From assembly GCA_963825865.1 (NCBI GenBank), contig CAWGVG010000018.1:11132-75131 (forward strand): a stretch of 64,000 nucleotides of DNA, written 5' to 3'. How positions within the stretch are numbered: position 1 is the first letter of the stretch; each line of letters opens with the position of its first letter. A model generated the notes under the pieces. The model made no database searches. It worked only from the letters and a program-made list of their open reading frames with translations, and had not been told where the DNA came from. The position numbers and the translations under genes were made by a program. Source of the DNA: an uncultured Nitrososphaeraceae archaeon (GTDB lineage Archaea > Thermoproteota > Nitrososphaeria > Nitrososphaerales > Nitrososphaeraceae). Shown in pieces: positions 1-12,173 of the stretch.

Positions 1-300
1 TCAATTGCCTTGTTAGCATTTGCAAGTACTTTTTGTAATGAACTGCGCTTGTATCCAAAAAGAGGTTTATATCAATCAAATAATTGCTTCCGGCTTTTCT
101 CTTTATAGAACGATGCTAGCTCATTGAAATATGATGGGGAATTAGAGTTATCATTATTCTTATTTGTAGAGAGATGATACCTACCTAAGCGTTTTGTATT
201 TTTCAAATATTCTCATTATCTAATAATTCCTATAAAGTTAGCTTTTTGTATTTCGTTCCATAATTCCTTAATTCTCATCATGTTCAGGATTTAATGGATA

Positions 301-682
301 TTGCTGGAAGTATTGCAACAGGTACTGGCCTTTATTTTTACAGCCATAACTTTTTGGGTTATATTTCCAAGAACAAGAAAATCTGATCAGGTTAAAATTG
401 CTAGTGACATTAGCAAGGAACTCACAGAAATAGTACTAGATATTCCAGAAGATATTGCACATAAAAAGGAAAAAAGACATAGACATATTCAATATCTGAA
501 TGTATGGGAGTCGTTTGCTTTATTAGTTAATGATCGTGAACTAAAGAATATAAATATCTTAGAGCGTTTTAAACCAAACCTAATGAGACCATGACACAAT
601 TCTGAGCGAATATCCCGATTTAAAAGATAACGACGACGAGTTTCAGCAATTTAAGGATCTATACAAAAAATGGAAGCGTTGA
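301..682 (+). pseudogene. Hypothetical protein with N-terminal TM helix, frameshifted near 588
   Basis: ORF 301..594 continues in a shifted frame as HDTILSEYPDLKDNDDEFQQFKDLYKKWKR to a stop at ~682. Confidence 0.45.
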
Positions 683-794
683 TAAGATTTCATAAGCCCC
701 AAACTACTATTATCTTCTAACATTCTATACTAACATAGCCATAATCTTTTTGGTATTATTATACATGCAAGTATAAGACGAAGACAAATTATTG

Positions 795-1169
795 TTACTG
801 CAAAGCGAGTTCCACACATACATCGAATTTTGTATAATATTTCTTGACGTCTAAATCACCATATTTTGATCTGAATTTTTCTGTTACTTCTTTAACTTTG
901 TTAACATCGGTTATTGGTTTGACTTTGCCAATTATCTCCTGTCCATCTACAGTAATTTTCATATTTGGATTTTTTTGCACATTTTTATACCATTCAGTAT
1001 CTGATCCTTGAACTGGCAGAAGATATAATATATTGCCTTCATATACAAACCATACAGGTCTGGATATTTCTCGACCCGATTTTCTCCCTGTGACAAACAA
1101 CTCAATTTCCTTTGTTCTATCTAACGTGCTCTTTAGTTCAGATTCTAGCATACATGCACTATTCTGCAT
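795..1169 (-). CDS. Nitroreductase-family deazaflavin (F420)-dependent oxidoreductase, DUF385-like
   Basis: TGRKSG...PVWFV, WYKNV..NP and KFRSKYG motifs of split-barrel F420H2-dependent reductases. Confidence 0.75.
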   Translation of the reverse strand: MQNSACMLESELKSTLDRTKEIELFVTGRKSGREISRPVWFVYEGNILYLLPVQGSDTEWYKNVQKNPNMKITVDGQEIIGKVKPITDVNKVKEVTEKFRSKYGDLDVKKYYTKFDVCVELALQ

Positions 1170-1813
1170 ATGTGCTAATTATATTTTTAATAAAAGTCAA
1201 CAACAAAAAAGAATATGCTTCTAAAGAGAAATAGTTATGAACAGTTCTTTTATAATGTGCATACTAGTTTATTGCTTTGAACACCGGTTTTGAATGAAAT
1301 TCATGCAATGCATTTAAGCAATCGATTATTAAATATGAGTTTATGCAAACTGGTGGATTGACAAGATGACTTGAATCTATTAGAAAATCTATCAAGAAAA
1401 ATTTAGATTTGATGCCTGAAAATCTAAAAGAAATTTTTCGATCGTATTTAACACAATGTATAGAAGGAAACATCAGCAATGATACCTGATACTACTGCTA
1501 TTTGGATGCTGCCAGAAGATAACCTATTATCGCTATTACATTTAGACCGTGTTCTTCTGAGTCTACACGGATCTGTAACAAAGCATGTCATGCTAGCTGT
1601 AAACGATTCACTACCATCGTTTAACATCAGATAATTTGTTATTAATTAGTGGTAACAATAATCTTAAGAAGTCTGATAAGAGAAAACATCTCTAGTATTT
1701 GCATAATCCCGATTGCATACAATGATAGCATACCTAGTAGATATACTGGTTACATAAGTATTACAAGCTTGATTTTGGAGAAGGTATGATACATTGGTAA
1801 GGCAACGGTACCG

Positions 1814-2120
1814 CTAGGCTTGCGGGTGATCCATGGCTTGACGGGCGTGATATTCCGGATCATTGGGATGCGGAGTCAGCGGTGTAATGGTGGCCTTCAT
1901 CCAGATATGAATGGATAACGAGGCGAGGACTTCGAAGCTCTGCCTCGTCGGCGGCGCGGAACAGCCCAATGCTGCGCCATTCGCCTGGACCGAGCGGCGG
2001 GCGCCAGAGCCGGACCAAATGGCCTGCTTTGGCGAGCTCAGCGGCGCGCACTGCCTCCGCCGCGCGCAATTCATCGACTTTGACGGGGCTAGTTCCTTCG
2101 GGAACCGTGGTGACCAGATC
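1814..2120 (-). pseudogene. catC: Muconolactone delta-isomerase-like fragment, GC-rich, 5'-truncated and frameshifted
   Basis: Joining two frames at ~1935 gives DLVTTVPEGTSPVKVDELRAAEAVRAAELAKAGHLVRLWRPPLGPGEWRSIGLFRAADEAELR|EVLASLSIHIWMKATITPLTPHPNDP; GC much higher than flanks. Confidence 0.75.
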
Positions 2121-2273
2121 GGAATGAGATCGCTAACAGTATTGATGGATCAAATAGATATATCATATTGGCTTGCTTTGCTCAGAACTGTACTGACGTT
2201 GATATGATGAAGTAAAATCTCTCTTATTAGATATCGATAAATAATCGATTATGAAAAACTAAATAAATACTCT

Positions 2274-2528
2274 ATGCTAGGACCAAAGTTCATAGGTCAT
2301 GATGTTGAACTCCAACAGTTATACGAGTTAGCAATAGTCGGCCCAAGTAATCATGGCGGCACTCTTTTTATTGAAGCTGCAGCAGGAATGGGAACAAGTA
2401 GAGTATTGAAGGAGTTCGAAGAGCGAACCCAGAGAGATCCACAATTAAAAGATACACTTTTCAGTAGCGTTGAATGTGATGAGTTGTCGGACCTGATAGT
2501 GCATATCAGCCCTTCAAAGAAATATTAG
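2274..2528 (+). pseudogene. N-terminal fragment of an AAA/STAND-type ATPase
   Basis: FIGHDVELQQL followed by a degenerate Walker A (LFIEAAAGMGTSRVL); ends prematurely. Confidence 0.55.
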
Positions 2529-2881
2529 CTATTGATTACAATTATCGTTTTTAAACATGGAGTTTCAAGATACCGTAATGGTTTCTTTGGATTGTTCAGG
2601 ACTAGACGTTATTAAGAGAATTTGACAAGTCGGTCTTTTCTATAGAATTAATTTGTACATTTAGATTGCTTGACTATCCTTGTGTTGATAAATGTTATTA
2701 TTGAAAAAATGGAAATTTTACTTTCGTTCTAATGATTCATATAAATCCGTAGTTTACTCGTTTATATACAATATGAGTGATGAGATAAGAACAATTTATA
2801 ATATACACCACTACCGACGGGAGAAATACGTCACAGTTAAAGACACAATGACTTTAACGTCATGTTCGGAATAAAGTAAAA

Positions 2882-4626
2882 TTGTCAGAAGACAACAACA
2901 AGGCTGATCGAATAAAACAGAAAAAGAATTATAGTAGAGAGAACTACAATAAGAAATTCCCATCTGACTATTTTAGATTTTCATCTTGGAAATCATCTTC
3001 ATTGCCGTCATCGTCATCAGAAGTGACAACAGCATCAGTAAAGATACCTACGAGTGCTTGGAAGACCCTCGTGGTTTTAAGCTGCCATTGCAGCCATGGT
3101 GATGTATGCAGAAACAATGCTGATACCAGCCATTCCAGATCTCATAAGAGATTTTCATGTATCCTATGGTATGTCCTCGTGGATTCTTACCTCCTATTTA
3201 ATTTCGGGAGCTGTTATGACTCCAATAGCCGGTAAGCTATCTGACATATACGGGAAGAAAAAAATGTTGCTTGTTATAATGATAATTTACGGGGTAGGTG
3301 TATCCTCTGCAGGTTTTTCTAATAGCATAATTTTCATGCTAGTTTCTAGAGCGATTCAAGGAATAGGTTTGTCTATGTTTCCAATTGCATTCGGTATAAT
3401 AAGAGAACAATTTCCAAGACAAAAAATTGCTATAGGCCAAGGAATAATAAGTTCTATGTTTGCAGCTGGTTCGTCAATTGGTTTGTATGTAGGAGGAGCC
3501 ATTATACAACACTTCAGCTGGCATGCCACTTTTTTTACTATAATACCTATTTCGATTATTTTGTTATTCACAATATGGCGATTCATTAATATAAAAAAGA
3601 ATAATGAGTTTAATAATAGTAAAAGAATACAACCTGGTCAACAGCAGCAGGAAAAAGTGGAAAAAATAGAAGGAGAAAAAGGAACTAGCAACAACTACTT
3701 AATCGGTGAAAACCAGTGAATCAATAAAATCCATAGTCCAGATTGATGTTAGAGGAGCTGTAACCTTAGCCGCAACTATCATATCATTCCTGCTAATACT
3801 GACTTATTCTCAAACAGACAATAGTATTAATGATATTGATTTGCTCGTGAATATCAAAGCTAATGCCAACGCTATCTCATTAGAGCAGGTTCTAATTTTA
3901 TTTGCAATTGGCATTGTTTCACTTACCGCATTTATAATTATAGAAAACCGAGCAAAGTATCCGTTAGTTGATTTTAGATTACTGATGAACAAGGCAATAC
4001 TTCCTGCAAACCTTATTATAATGATCTTTGGTATCTCTATGTTTACCATATTTCAAACAGTACCTATACTTACAAGAACTCCAGGACCTATTGGATTTGG
4101 AGGAAATGCTATTACTGCCGGAAACATTCAACTGCCGTTTGCACTGATACTTTTGATCGTTGGTTCCACTTCAGGCTTTTTAATATCTAAATTTGGTTCA
4201 ATAAAACCAATCATTGCTGGAGCTATTATTATGGTAGTAGGCTTCTTTGCTCTCTCGCTATTACACTCGTCAGTAATTGCGGTTTCCGTAAATCTTGCAG
4301 TTGTATCTGCAGGAATGTCTTTGATAAATGTAGGATCAATGAATGTAGTTACTCTGGCAACACCAAGGCAATCTATTGGAATATCTTTAGGAATGAATAT
4401 GCTTATTAGGATTATTGGAAGCTCGATAGGACCTGCGATTGCAGGTATGTATATGCAGACATATCAATCAAAGATAAGTATTCATGGTTTAATACAGCAC
4501 TTTCCATCTACTATTTCATTTGATTTAATATTTATTACCTCTACTATGTTGTCGGTTGGTTCTCTTATATTAGCATTAATACTCAAGCACAGAATCACAA
4601 AAATGAAAATACCAAATCTAAATTAG
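2882..4626 (+). pseudogene. MFS transporter (DHA2-like), split by two frameshifts (~3090, ~3710)
   Basis: AWKTLVVLSC|MVMYAETMLIPAIPDL, GKLSDIYGKKK motif A, many TM helices across ORFs 2882..3235, 3096..3719 and 3706..4626; could be sequencing indels. Confidence 0.8.
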
Positions 4627-5236
4627 GTAGTTCCCAACCAGGCCTAAGAACAAAATACTTTCGATATTATTATAAATTCGAAAACAAATTAATTCTGCCA
4701 CAATAACGTGCGTTGGTTCCATGATTAATCTCATGAGAGGAAATCTATCAATATACATGCCTAATATAGTCTAGTCAGACATTTCTTACAAACATGGCTA
4801 TTATATGCTGAATGTTCTATTTTACCATTTTTGGTATATTTAAAACAGAATTGTGATAGCAAGATGGCGATTCTGATAATTACATGTTATAAGCAATACT
4901 AAAAAATATGGAAGCGAGTCCCAAAGCAGAAATTATCACTCTATTTGATTGGTGGTTTATTAGAAATCAAGCGACAGTTGGCGGGCAACAAAAGATCCCA
5001 GCATGGAGATTAGATTATACCTGACATAATCGAGTCATTAAATTTCTCCTTCGGAGTAGTTACTCATTTAAGATTGTAATCAATTACGCCTATCTTTATT
5101 GCTCCAATTTGGTAGGTGAGTTGATATTGAAGCCACAACAGCTGAGAGCTAAAACAGAATTTGCAGTGCCAGGTGTTGGTATACTCTCAACCGGACCAGG
5201 CTAATACAAATAAAGCGAATCTAATAACAGGCTTTT

Positions 5237-6697
5237 TTATTTAGCATGCTCAGTAGCTGCAGTGGTAGGAACTATTCTATATATTGTTCCTTGAGTTTTG
5301 TCAAACGTAAGTACATATAGATAACCATCATCAGTTCCCGGTCCTACTTTGATATCTGTAATGCCACCAAAGCCTTTTCCAAATATTATTCCATTAAGTG
5401 TATCCGAACTATTTGTATTTGCAACTATATCAGCAAATGGGCCATTACGTGGGAGTATTAATTCTGTTCTTTGTGAGTTTAGCTTAAAATGGTAAATATT
5501 TCCATTGATGTTATCACCAACAAATATATCATTTTCATATGGGCTGCCCATCTTGTTAGAATTAAAGAATTTGATCCCAGTAGGAGCTACACTTCGAAAC
5601 CAAGTAAATTGAGGTGTATGATATTTTCCTATTCCACCAAAATCTACTAAATCATGCGGGTGAAGTGGAGCAACATGATGTTTTTCAGTTTGATCGATAT
5701 TATATCCGCGTAGCCATATTCCATCAATCTTGTTATACCCACTGTTAAATCCTGGTTGAACCAAATTAATTTCATCACCAAATATTAAACCGTTTTCAGT
5801 ATCCCATAGATTTCCGGTAACTGGATCAAAATCAACGCCAAAACTATTCCACATTCCATATGAATAATACAAGTTTAAAGGAAATTTGTTGCTAAGAATA
5901 CCTGGAACCACTGCTTTTCCATCCTGATTAATTCGGAGTATGCCACCTGTTCCATCTGGATCAGAGCCATTCTGAACATTTTGTGCCTTGGTAGTATGTC
6001 CATTGCCCACATCGCCGATCGTGATATATATATTATTATTAGATCCAACAATGACTTTGCCGCCATTACCAATAGCCCCTGGAATTGCTGGAAGGTCTAA
6101 CAAGAGTTTTGGATTCACTAACTTATTATTATTAATCAGTTCATACCTGTATAGACGATTTCCCAAAGGTTGTTTTCCTTCTTTAATATCATCACCATCT
6201 TTTGTTGGTGCCTCTGTATAATATAAGAAAACATAGGTAGTAGTATTGTTATTGTCATTAACATGTCCATGTTTTGATTGAAGTATAGGAGGAGGAGCTA
6301 TTGCTATACCTAACATACCTCTATGGCCGTAGCTCGCAACGTTAACATCTAGCAAAGGTTGTGGCAATATCGTGCCATTTACAATTCTCCTTACAGTACC
6401 GGTATCTTTTTCTGTGACCAAAATATCTTTGGGACCTAAGAAAGCCATACTGGTGGGATATCTTAATCCTTTGAAAATTACTTCTGCCTTTAGGTTAGGA
6501 TCATTTATAATTGGTCCTTTAGAAGAAGGAACACCTACTTCAGGATATTTTGATTTCAATGCATTTGCAAGATGGTGTCTATAATGATACTCATCAAAGT
6601 ATTGATATTCAACTGTCAAAGATATAGATGTCAAAATCAAAATTGCAAGTAAAATTAGCCTTACAAACGATGACGAGGATGATGATATTAATGACAT
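5237..6697 (-). CDS. PQQ-dependent glucose/sorbosone dehydrogenase-family beta-propeller protein, exported
   Basis: Signal peptide; PTSMAFLG, RGMLGIA, YSYGMWNSFGVDFDPVTGNLWDTENG, DEINLVQPGFNSG. Confidence 0.85.
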   Translation of the reverse strand: MSLISSSSSSFVRLILLAILILTSISLTVEYQYFDEYHYRHHLANALKSKYPEVGVPSSKGPIINDPNLKAEVIFKGLRYPTSMAFLGPKDILVTEKDTGTVRRIVNGTILPQPLLDVNVASYGHRGMLGIAIAPPPILQSKHGHVNDNNNTTTYVFLYYTEAPTKDGDDIKEGKQPLGNRLYRYELINNNKLVNPKLLLDLPAIPGAIGNGGKVIVGSNNNIYITIGDVGNGHTTKAQNVQNGSDPDGTGGILRINQDGKAVVPGILSNKFPLNLYYSYGMWNSFGVDFDPVTGNLWDTENGLIFGDEINLVQPGFNSGYNKIDGIWLRGYNIDQTEKHHVAPLHPHDLVDFGGIGKYHTPQFTWFRSVAPTGIKFFNSNKMGSPYENDIFVGDNINGNIYHFKLNSQRTELILPRNGPFADIVANTNSSDTLNGIIFGKGFGGITDIKVGPGTDDGYLYVLTFDKTQGTIYRIVPTTAATEHAK

Positions 6698-7052
6698 TGC
6701 ATACTTGTCGAAAACTTAATGGAATATCAAAGTATTAAAACTATCAGTTTTTCATAATTGTTCCTTAATTACCCGCATTCTTTTCTAACATCGATAGTGG
6801 AATCGCTAATCAGATTAAATAGCTCTTGATGCCAACGAATTGATGAAATGTAAACTACCGAACGCCTATTTGAAGTTGGGAGTACCTGTGAGTACTAAGA
6901 TGATTTTTTAATAATAAATATGATAGCATATGGCTGCTGCATTAGCTTAAGCAGCCTAAAAAGTTATTTAGGATAAATATAAATCATCATGTTTTCAAGT
7001 AAACAATAAGGTCAGTGCTTTTAAGGTCTTTTAATCCAATAACATTTAAGAA

Positions 7053-7550
7053 GTGCAAGACAGAGGTAAACTTGTGTCAAAGAGCACCAGCAATAATTCA
7101 ATAGCTGCAGACGCTGAGGCAGCATCATCTTCTAGCAAGGACGAGATAATTAGAGGACTGAACGAAGATCTGGCAAGGGAGTACAAAGCAATTATCCAAT
7201 ACGTCGTATTCAGTTCCACATTGAAGGGCGCCGAGTATGGAGACATTGCAGAACAGTTGAAAAACCATGCATCGCAGGAGCTAGCACACGCTCTGGAGGT
7301 GGCTAAGCAGATCGACTATCTAGGTGGAGACCCGACGGTGAAAGGCAAAGAGGCCGAATTTTCTCAGGATTCAAAGACAATGCTTGAGATTGACCTGAGG
7401 GCTGAACAAGAAACTATCAAAAATTATAGAGAGAGAATCCGTCAGGCGGAACGCGCTAGTGAATTTGCTCTCTCTGAAACATTAAGAGACATCATCTTAC
7501 AGGAGCAGGACCACGAAATTGATCTGAAAGATGCCCTCGGACTACGATGA
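7053..7550 (+). CDS. Ferritin-like / bacterioferritin-family protein
   Basis: LNEDLAREYKAIIQY, ELAHA, IDYLGGDP and EQDHEIDL diiron motifs; true start may be GTG at ~7074. Confidence 0.85.
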   Translation: MQDRGKLVSKSTSNNSIAADAEAASSSSKDEIIRGLNEDLAREYKAIIQYVVFSSTLKGAEYGDIAEQLKNHASQELAHALEVAKQIDYLGGDPTVKGKEAEFSQDSKTMLEIDLRAEQETIKNYRERIRQAERASEFALSETLRDIILQEQDHEIDLKDALGLR

Positions 7551-7653
7551 TAATGAGTTCTAACATAATCAAGCCTTTTATTTATAATAGAAAATGTGAA
7601 TCGTTAATACTTCCAAGTACAAAAAACAAGCCATTGTTAATGCATCTTATAGA

Positions 7654-7976
7654 TTATTTATTGAACCTACGGTAAAGCGCTATTATGTTGTTGCATATGC
7701 TCACCTGTATTCTCCTTTTTCAATTAGAATAACACCTTCCCCTAGTTCGTCATTTGGATTTTCGTAACTTATTACTGGAGAACCAGGATATTCTTTAGCA
7801 CATTTATTACAGAAATATCTTGAAAACCTGTCTTCATTTAATCTTTCTATATTACCTAGGAATATTTGAGGGACTCCAAGGCTGGCCCTGAGTTCTTCTT
7901 GCTCTGTTAGTTTGGCAAAAGCATAACCACCTGAGCCTAACAGTTTCTTTTCCTCTAAATCTTCGCCTTCGCCCAC
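7654..7976 (-). pseudogene. Zinc-binding hypothetical protein, frameshifted near the C-terminus
   Basis: YFCNKC motif; after EYR a 1-nt shift restores CSICNNIIALYRRFNK*. Confidence 0.55.
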
Positions 7977-8737
7977 ATATAGTACGTCTTATGTCTATAA
8001 TTTTAACAATACACCGTGAACTCCTGTCAGAAAAGTGGTTTTTAATTATTCTATTTCTACATAGCGACTTTCCTGATCTAAGATTTACATTTAATGATAT
8101 GTCAACAATACAATGATATTTTCCTCCTTGAGTACTAGTTGAACATATCTGTACACAAGAGTATAATATTCCTCGATGGAGGCATTCGGAAACACACTAT
8201 TGCTTTAACTTAGAAGAGCCTACACGACACTTTAAATAATTAACAGAATCTAATTAGGATCATATTTGATAGAATAGTGACGCCATAATATTTTATCGAA
8301 GTCATTCAAGACTTTTGGATACTATATTTATTATTCCTGCATATGCAATTGACTCTTACCACTAAAATGCACCAAAAAGTCACAACGAATTAGGGAATAG
8401 CTTGGGAATGAAGTGGCAGAAAGGGCGGCAATGACTAATGTCAAACATAGTGGTAATGGCAGCTTGTACTTGGCACAATAGCAACAGATGATCTTATTGC
8501 ACCGGTCTTAACATAAACAAATTGTGGTGGTATAGATAGTTGAATGAATTAAGACTTTCAATACCTTTATGTATTTGGTGTATTTACATTCATACGATTC
8601 TTAAAACCTGAAATGGCTAAGCTTTAACTTTAATAATATCCATGTATCAAAACTAATCTAGCCTATGTGTCTGTGTTTGATTTTTCTACGGGAATCAAGG
8701 AATATAGATGCGATGAGCAAATATGTGAAAAAAATAA

Positions 8738-10852
8738 TTGGAAGTAGTGGTTAGAAAGAAGGACTCGACAAGATTAGTTTGGGATACAAAGCCACGTCAT
8801 GCAATTAATTCAAAGGATATAGTATTTCAAATCGCTGAAGTTGTGCTTTCAAATCCAGCAAGAGACGAATCAACAATTCAATCCATTTTTAATATTCCTT
8901 CCAATACTCAACTTAAAAGAAACAGGATGAACAGACTTATTTTGGGGAACAACCTTTTTACAATGCAAGCACTTCTTGCTTCAGGCTATGAAGGTAAGAT
9001 AAGTCTGATATATATTGATCCTCCGTTTTGGACAAATGAAAACTATTTCGCAAAATTCGAAATAGGCTGCACAGAAATTACTAAAATACCTTCAAGAATT
9101 GAACGGCTAGCTTACAAGGATAGGTGGGAAGGTGGAATTGATTCCTTCTTAGATATGCTTTATCCAAGATTACAGTTAATGAGAAGATTACTTGCAGACA
9201 ATGGTTCTATTTTTTTGCACCTCGACTACCATATTGCTCATTACACCAAGTTGATGATGGATGAGATATTCGGCATAGAGAATTTCAGAAATGAAATTGT
9301 AGTAAAGCGAGGACGTAAAAAAGGTTTGATGTATCAATTCAAAAAAGTAGATAGAATGCATTCCAGTACCGATAGCATATTATGGTATACCAAGTCTTCT
9401 AATAGTAAATTTAGGCTCCCACTTTCAGAGACAGAAAGCGTTGAGGCAAAATGGATGGGGTTCTGGAGCAATGTTGACAGGCCGACTATGCGTTATGATC
9501 TCCTAGCAATTACTCCAGAGAGAGGGCAATGGAAATGGAAAAAGGAAAGAGCATTGAGAGCTGTTGAAAATTATCGCAGGTTTGAAGGTGAATTTAATAG
9601 AAATTCCATCTCTGAAGGGTATCAGAATTTATCAAAAGGAGAATTAGATTTTCTGAAAAATAAAAGCCTTTTGGAATACTGGAGGTCAAATGGTCAGACA
9701 TTAGAATTTATCAGAAAGCGGGAAGGAGTGAAGTATCCTGAATATTGGGTAGAACCACGAGAACACAGACTCATAGACAACTTATGGACAGATATTGAAG
9801 CATACGATTACTCTTCTAATTATCCTACTGAAAAGCATACTGAATTGTTAGATAGAATAATTACTAACTTTTCAGATGAAGGGGACCTGATTGCAGACTT
9901 CTTTGGAGGCTCCGGAACAACATTTGTGACAGCTGAGAGAAAAGGCCGGCAGTGGATTGGATGTGATTTTTCAAAAATAGCAATACAAATAACACGCAAT
10001 CGGTTGGTTCAAAGTGATTCCAAACCATTTCTTATAGAGAATCTGGAAAATTATCAGGGGCATTTAACTGGCTCACGCATTTATGAGATTCAACCGAGAA
10101 TTCTCAAGCTATATGGCGCAACTCACAGAAATGACCATCTTGACATGGGAATAAAGAAAATTGATGAATTGATTGAACTAGTCTATGTAAGTTATCCTGA
10201 CAGACCAGTAACTGCGAAAAAGGTAGAAGAGCTCGAATCATTATCAGAACACCTTGATGGAAGATGTTATGAGCAGTTAGTTATTCTAGGTTGGGATTAC
10301 GAGTACAACTACGATGAGATTCTTCGTGAAAGAGAACGTGCATCAAAGAGACAATGGCATACCAAAATTGTTAGTAAAATTATACCGCCTGAGATGTATG
10401 GATACCTAAAAAAAGCAAAAAATATAGCTAATGTGGATTATTCTTTGGATGGAAAGGTACAATTCTATGATAAACCATACTTACTTCTTCTCAAACCAGA
10501 AATACTACAAATACAGAGAAAATATCAAGTAACTGTTGGCATAGATCGTTATGTTGTATTTGATTATCCCATAGAAAATGAGGAACATCAGAAGGAAGTT
10601 CAAGAATTGGTCAAGGACAAGCCACTGTCATTAATTGATTATTGGGCTGTAGATTGGGATTATGACGGTGTAAATTTCAAATCCACTTGGCAAGCAATGC
10701 GTCGAATCGGTAGAAACATACAATCAATACCAAAATCTACAAGTAAAGAACTCGAGGGGGGAAAGTTATACACAATTGCTATAAGAGTAGTAGATATTTT
10801 TGGAAATGATGCTGGTAACACGGTAAAAGTTGATTTAAAAAATAAGAAATAA
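8738..10852 (+). CDS. mod: Site-specific DNA methyltransferase, type III Mod-like (beta class, likely N6-adenine)
   Basis: LIYIDPPF catalytic motif, YPTEKH, DFFGGSGTT SAM-binding motif, C-terminal IDYWAVDWDYDG and VVDIFGN. Confidence 0.85.
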   Translation: MEVVVRKKDSTRLVWDTKPRHAINSKDIVFQIAEVVLSNPARDESTIQSIFNIPSNTQLKRNRMNRLILGNNLFTMQALLASGYEGKISLIYIDPPFWTNENYFAKFEIGCTEITKIPSRIERLAYKDRWEGGIDSFLDMLYPRLQLMRRLLADNGSIFLHLDYHIAHYTKLMMDEIFGIENFRNEIVVKRGRKKGLMYQFKKVDRMHSSTDSILWYTKSSNSKFRLPLSETESVEAKWMGFWSNVDRPTMRYDLLAITPERGQWKWKKERALRAVENYRRFEGEFNRNSISEGYQNLSKGELDFLKNKSLLEYWRSNGQTLEFIRKREGVKYPEYWVEPREHRLIDNLWTDIEAYDYSSNYPTEKHTELLDRIITNFSDEGDLIADFFGGSGTTFVTAERKGRQWIGCDFSKIAIQITRNRLVQSDSKPFLIENLENYQGHLTGSRIYEIQPRILKLYGATHRNDHLDMGIKKIDELIELVYVSYPDRPVTAKKVEELESLSEHLDGRCYEQLVILGWDYEYNYDEILRERERASKRQWHTKIVSKIIPPEMYGYLKKAKNIANVDYSLDGKVQFYDKPYLLLLKPEILQIQRKYQVTVGIDRYVVFDYPIENEEHQKEVQELVKDKPLSLIDYWAVDWDYDGVNFKSTWQAMRRIGRNIQSIPKSTSKELEGGKLYTIAIRVVDIFGNDAGNTVKVDLKNKK

Positions 10853-12173
10853 ATTGAAGAATAAATTACTAGACAGCCTTAGTGGAACAATCCGATATTA
10901 ACAACAACCTATAATATAGAACGATAGTCCAACCTACGATTAATAGGCCGATGCATATGTTAGAGCCCTCCTACCTACGGAGAGACAATAGTGTGTTTGA
11001 AGAATCTCTATACAGACTTTAAAATCAGACATATAATAAAACATGGGCGTTTTCTGATTAGTAACAATATTTGGGACAAAATCTTGGCAGGCTCATAAAC
11101 AGTCATAAACAACACATCTTAGTTGAATCCGACTTTACACGTTGAATAACATGTAAATCCAAAAATAGCATTTTTTAGATTGGTGTATCCATTTCTAGAG
11201 CACAAGGAGTTCAGGGCTTTTGGAAATTAAAGACAAAGTGAACCAAAATGTTAGTTCGTGATTGATAACAAAGAATACAGATGTACAAATTACTAAGCAT
11301 CATTATCTATTTCTTTTAGTATTTTGCACATACATTCGCTGGGATTGAATTTTCACAAATTTTGCCCTCTATTACAACTATAAACAAAATGAACTGATCG
11401 TTGAAATCGAGGCTATCCGAGCACGTATACCTAAGAAACAATTTAAAGAAAAAATAGACAAAATGGTGCCGAAATCTAAACAAATCTCTCATTAGTGGCA
11501 TTATGTATCAACGTATCTAAGAGTAGTTAAATGCGAATAGTGTCGATAGAGAGCAATGAACAAAAAGTCCAGAAAGAGTTACGGTAGATTAATAAAACTG
11601 GCCCAGCAACGTAAACTTAGCGTCGGTTTGACTAGGTAGAAAATATTGTAAACTATTATCGAATGGTAGTCACATATCTTGCTCCCTTGCCAGAGTTATT
11701 GCTGCCGATATTATCCACACTATAAATACAAGGAATGAGTATATATTGTTTCATTATCTGGACAAATAAAGTATCCATAGGATCTATTCTATAATAATAA
11801 TAATAATATGCTACGCTATTATCTATACACCCAGCGTACTGATCCAAGAATTGCTATTATGGAACCATTTGTATTTCAGATCAAATAATAATTAGTCGAT
11901 ATCCTTCAGTTTGGAATCGCTTAAACCACATTCTTTGCATTTGTAAATAATTGTCTTTTCCCTTCACTTCAATCTCGAAACGGTTCCTGCAATGTTAATG
12001 CAAATGAACTCTGGCTGGAACTGCTTATGTCCCGACCATATCATACAGGTATTAAATGCAAGCTGTAGAATCTGTAGAGCTTACTTTATGAAATTGAAAG
12101 ACAAAGTGAAAATAGGGGAACTAAGATTATCAAACCTTATAAATCAATATTAATAATTACAGATTTATAAAAG

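Noticed and set aside
1911-2207. Plus-strand 98-aa ORF over the GC-rich block
   Set aside because: Shadow ORF antisense to the catC-like frame
6932-6956. 7-bp inverted repeat GGCTGCT...AGCAGCC upstream of the ferritin-like gene
   Set aside because: Single short hairpin that could arise by chance; no second instance seen
10860-11020. Possible res-subunit remnant after mod
   Set aside because: Only a short stretch without helicase motifs; cannot be supported
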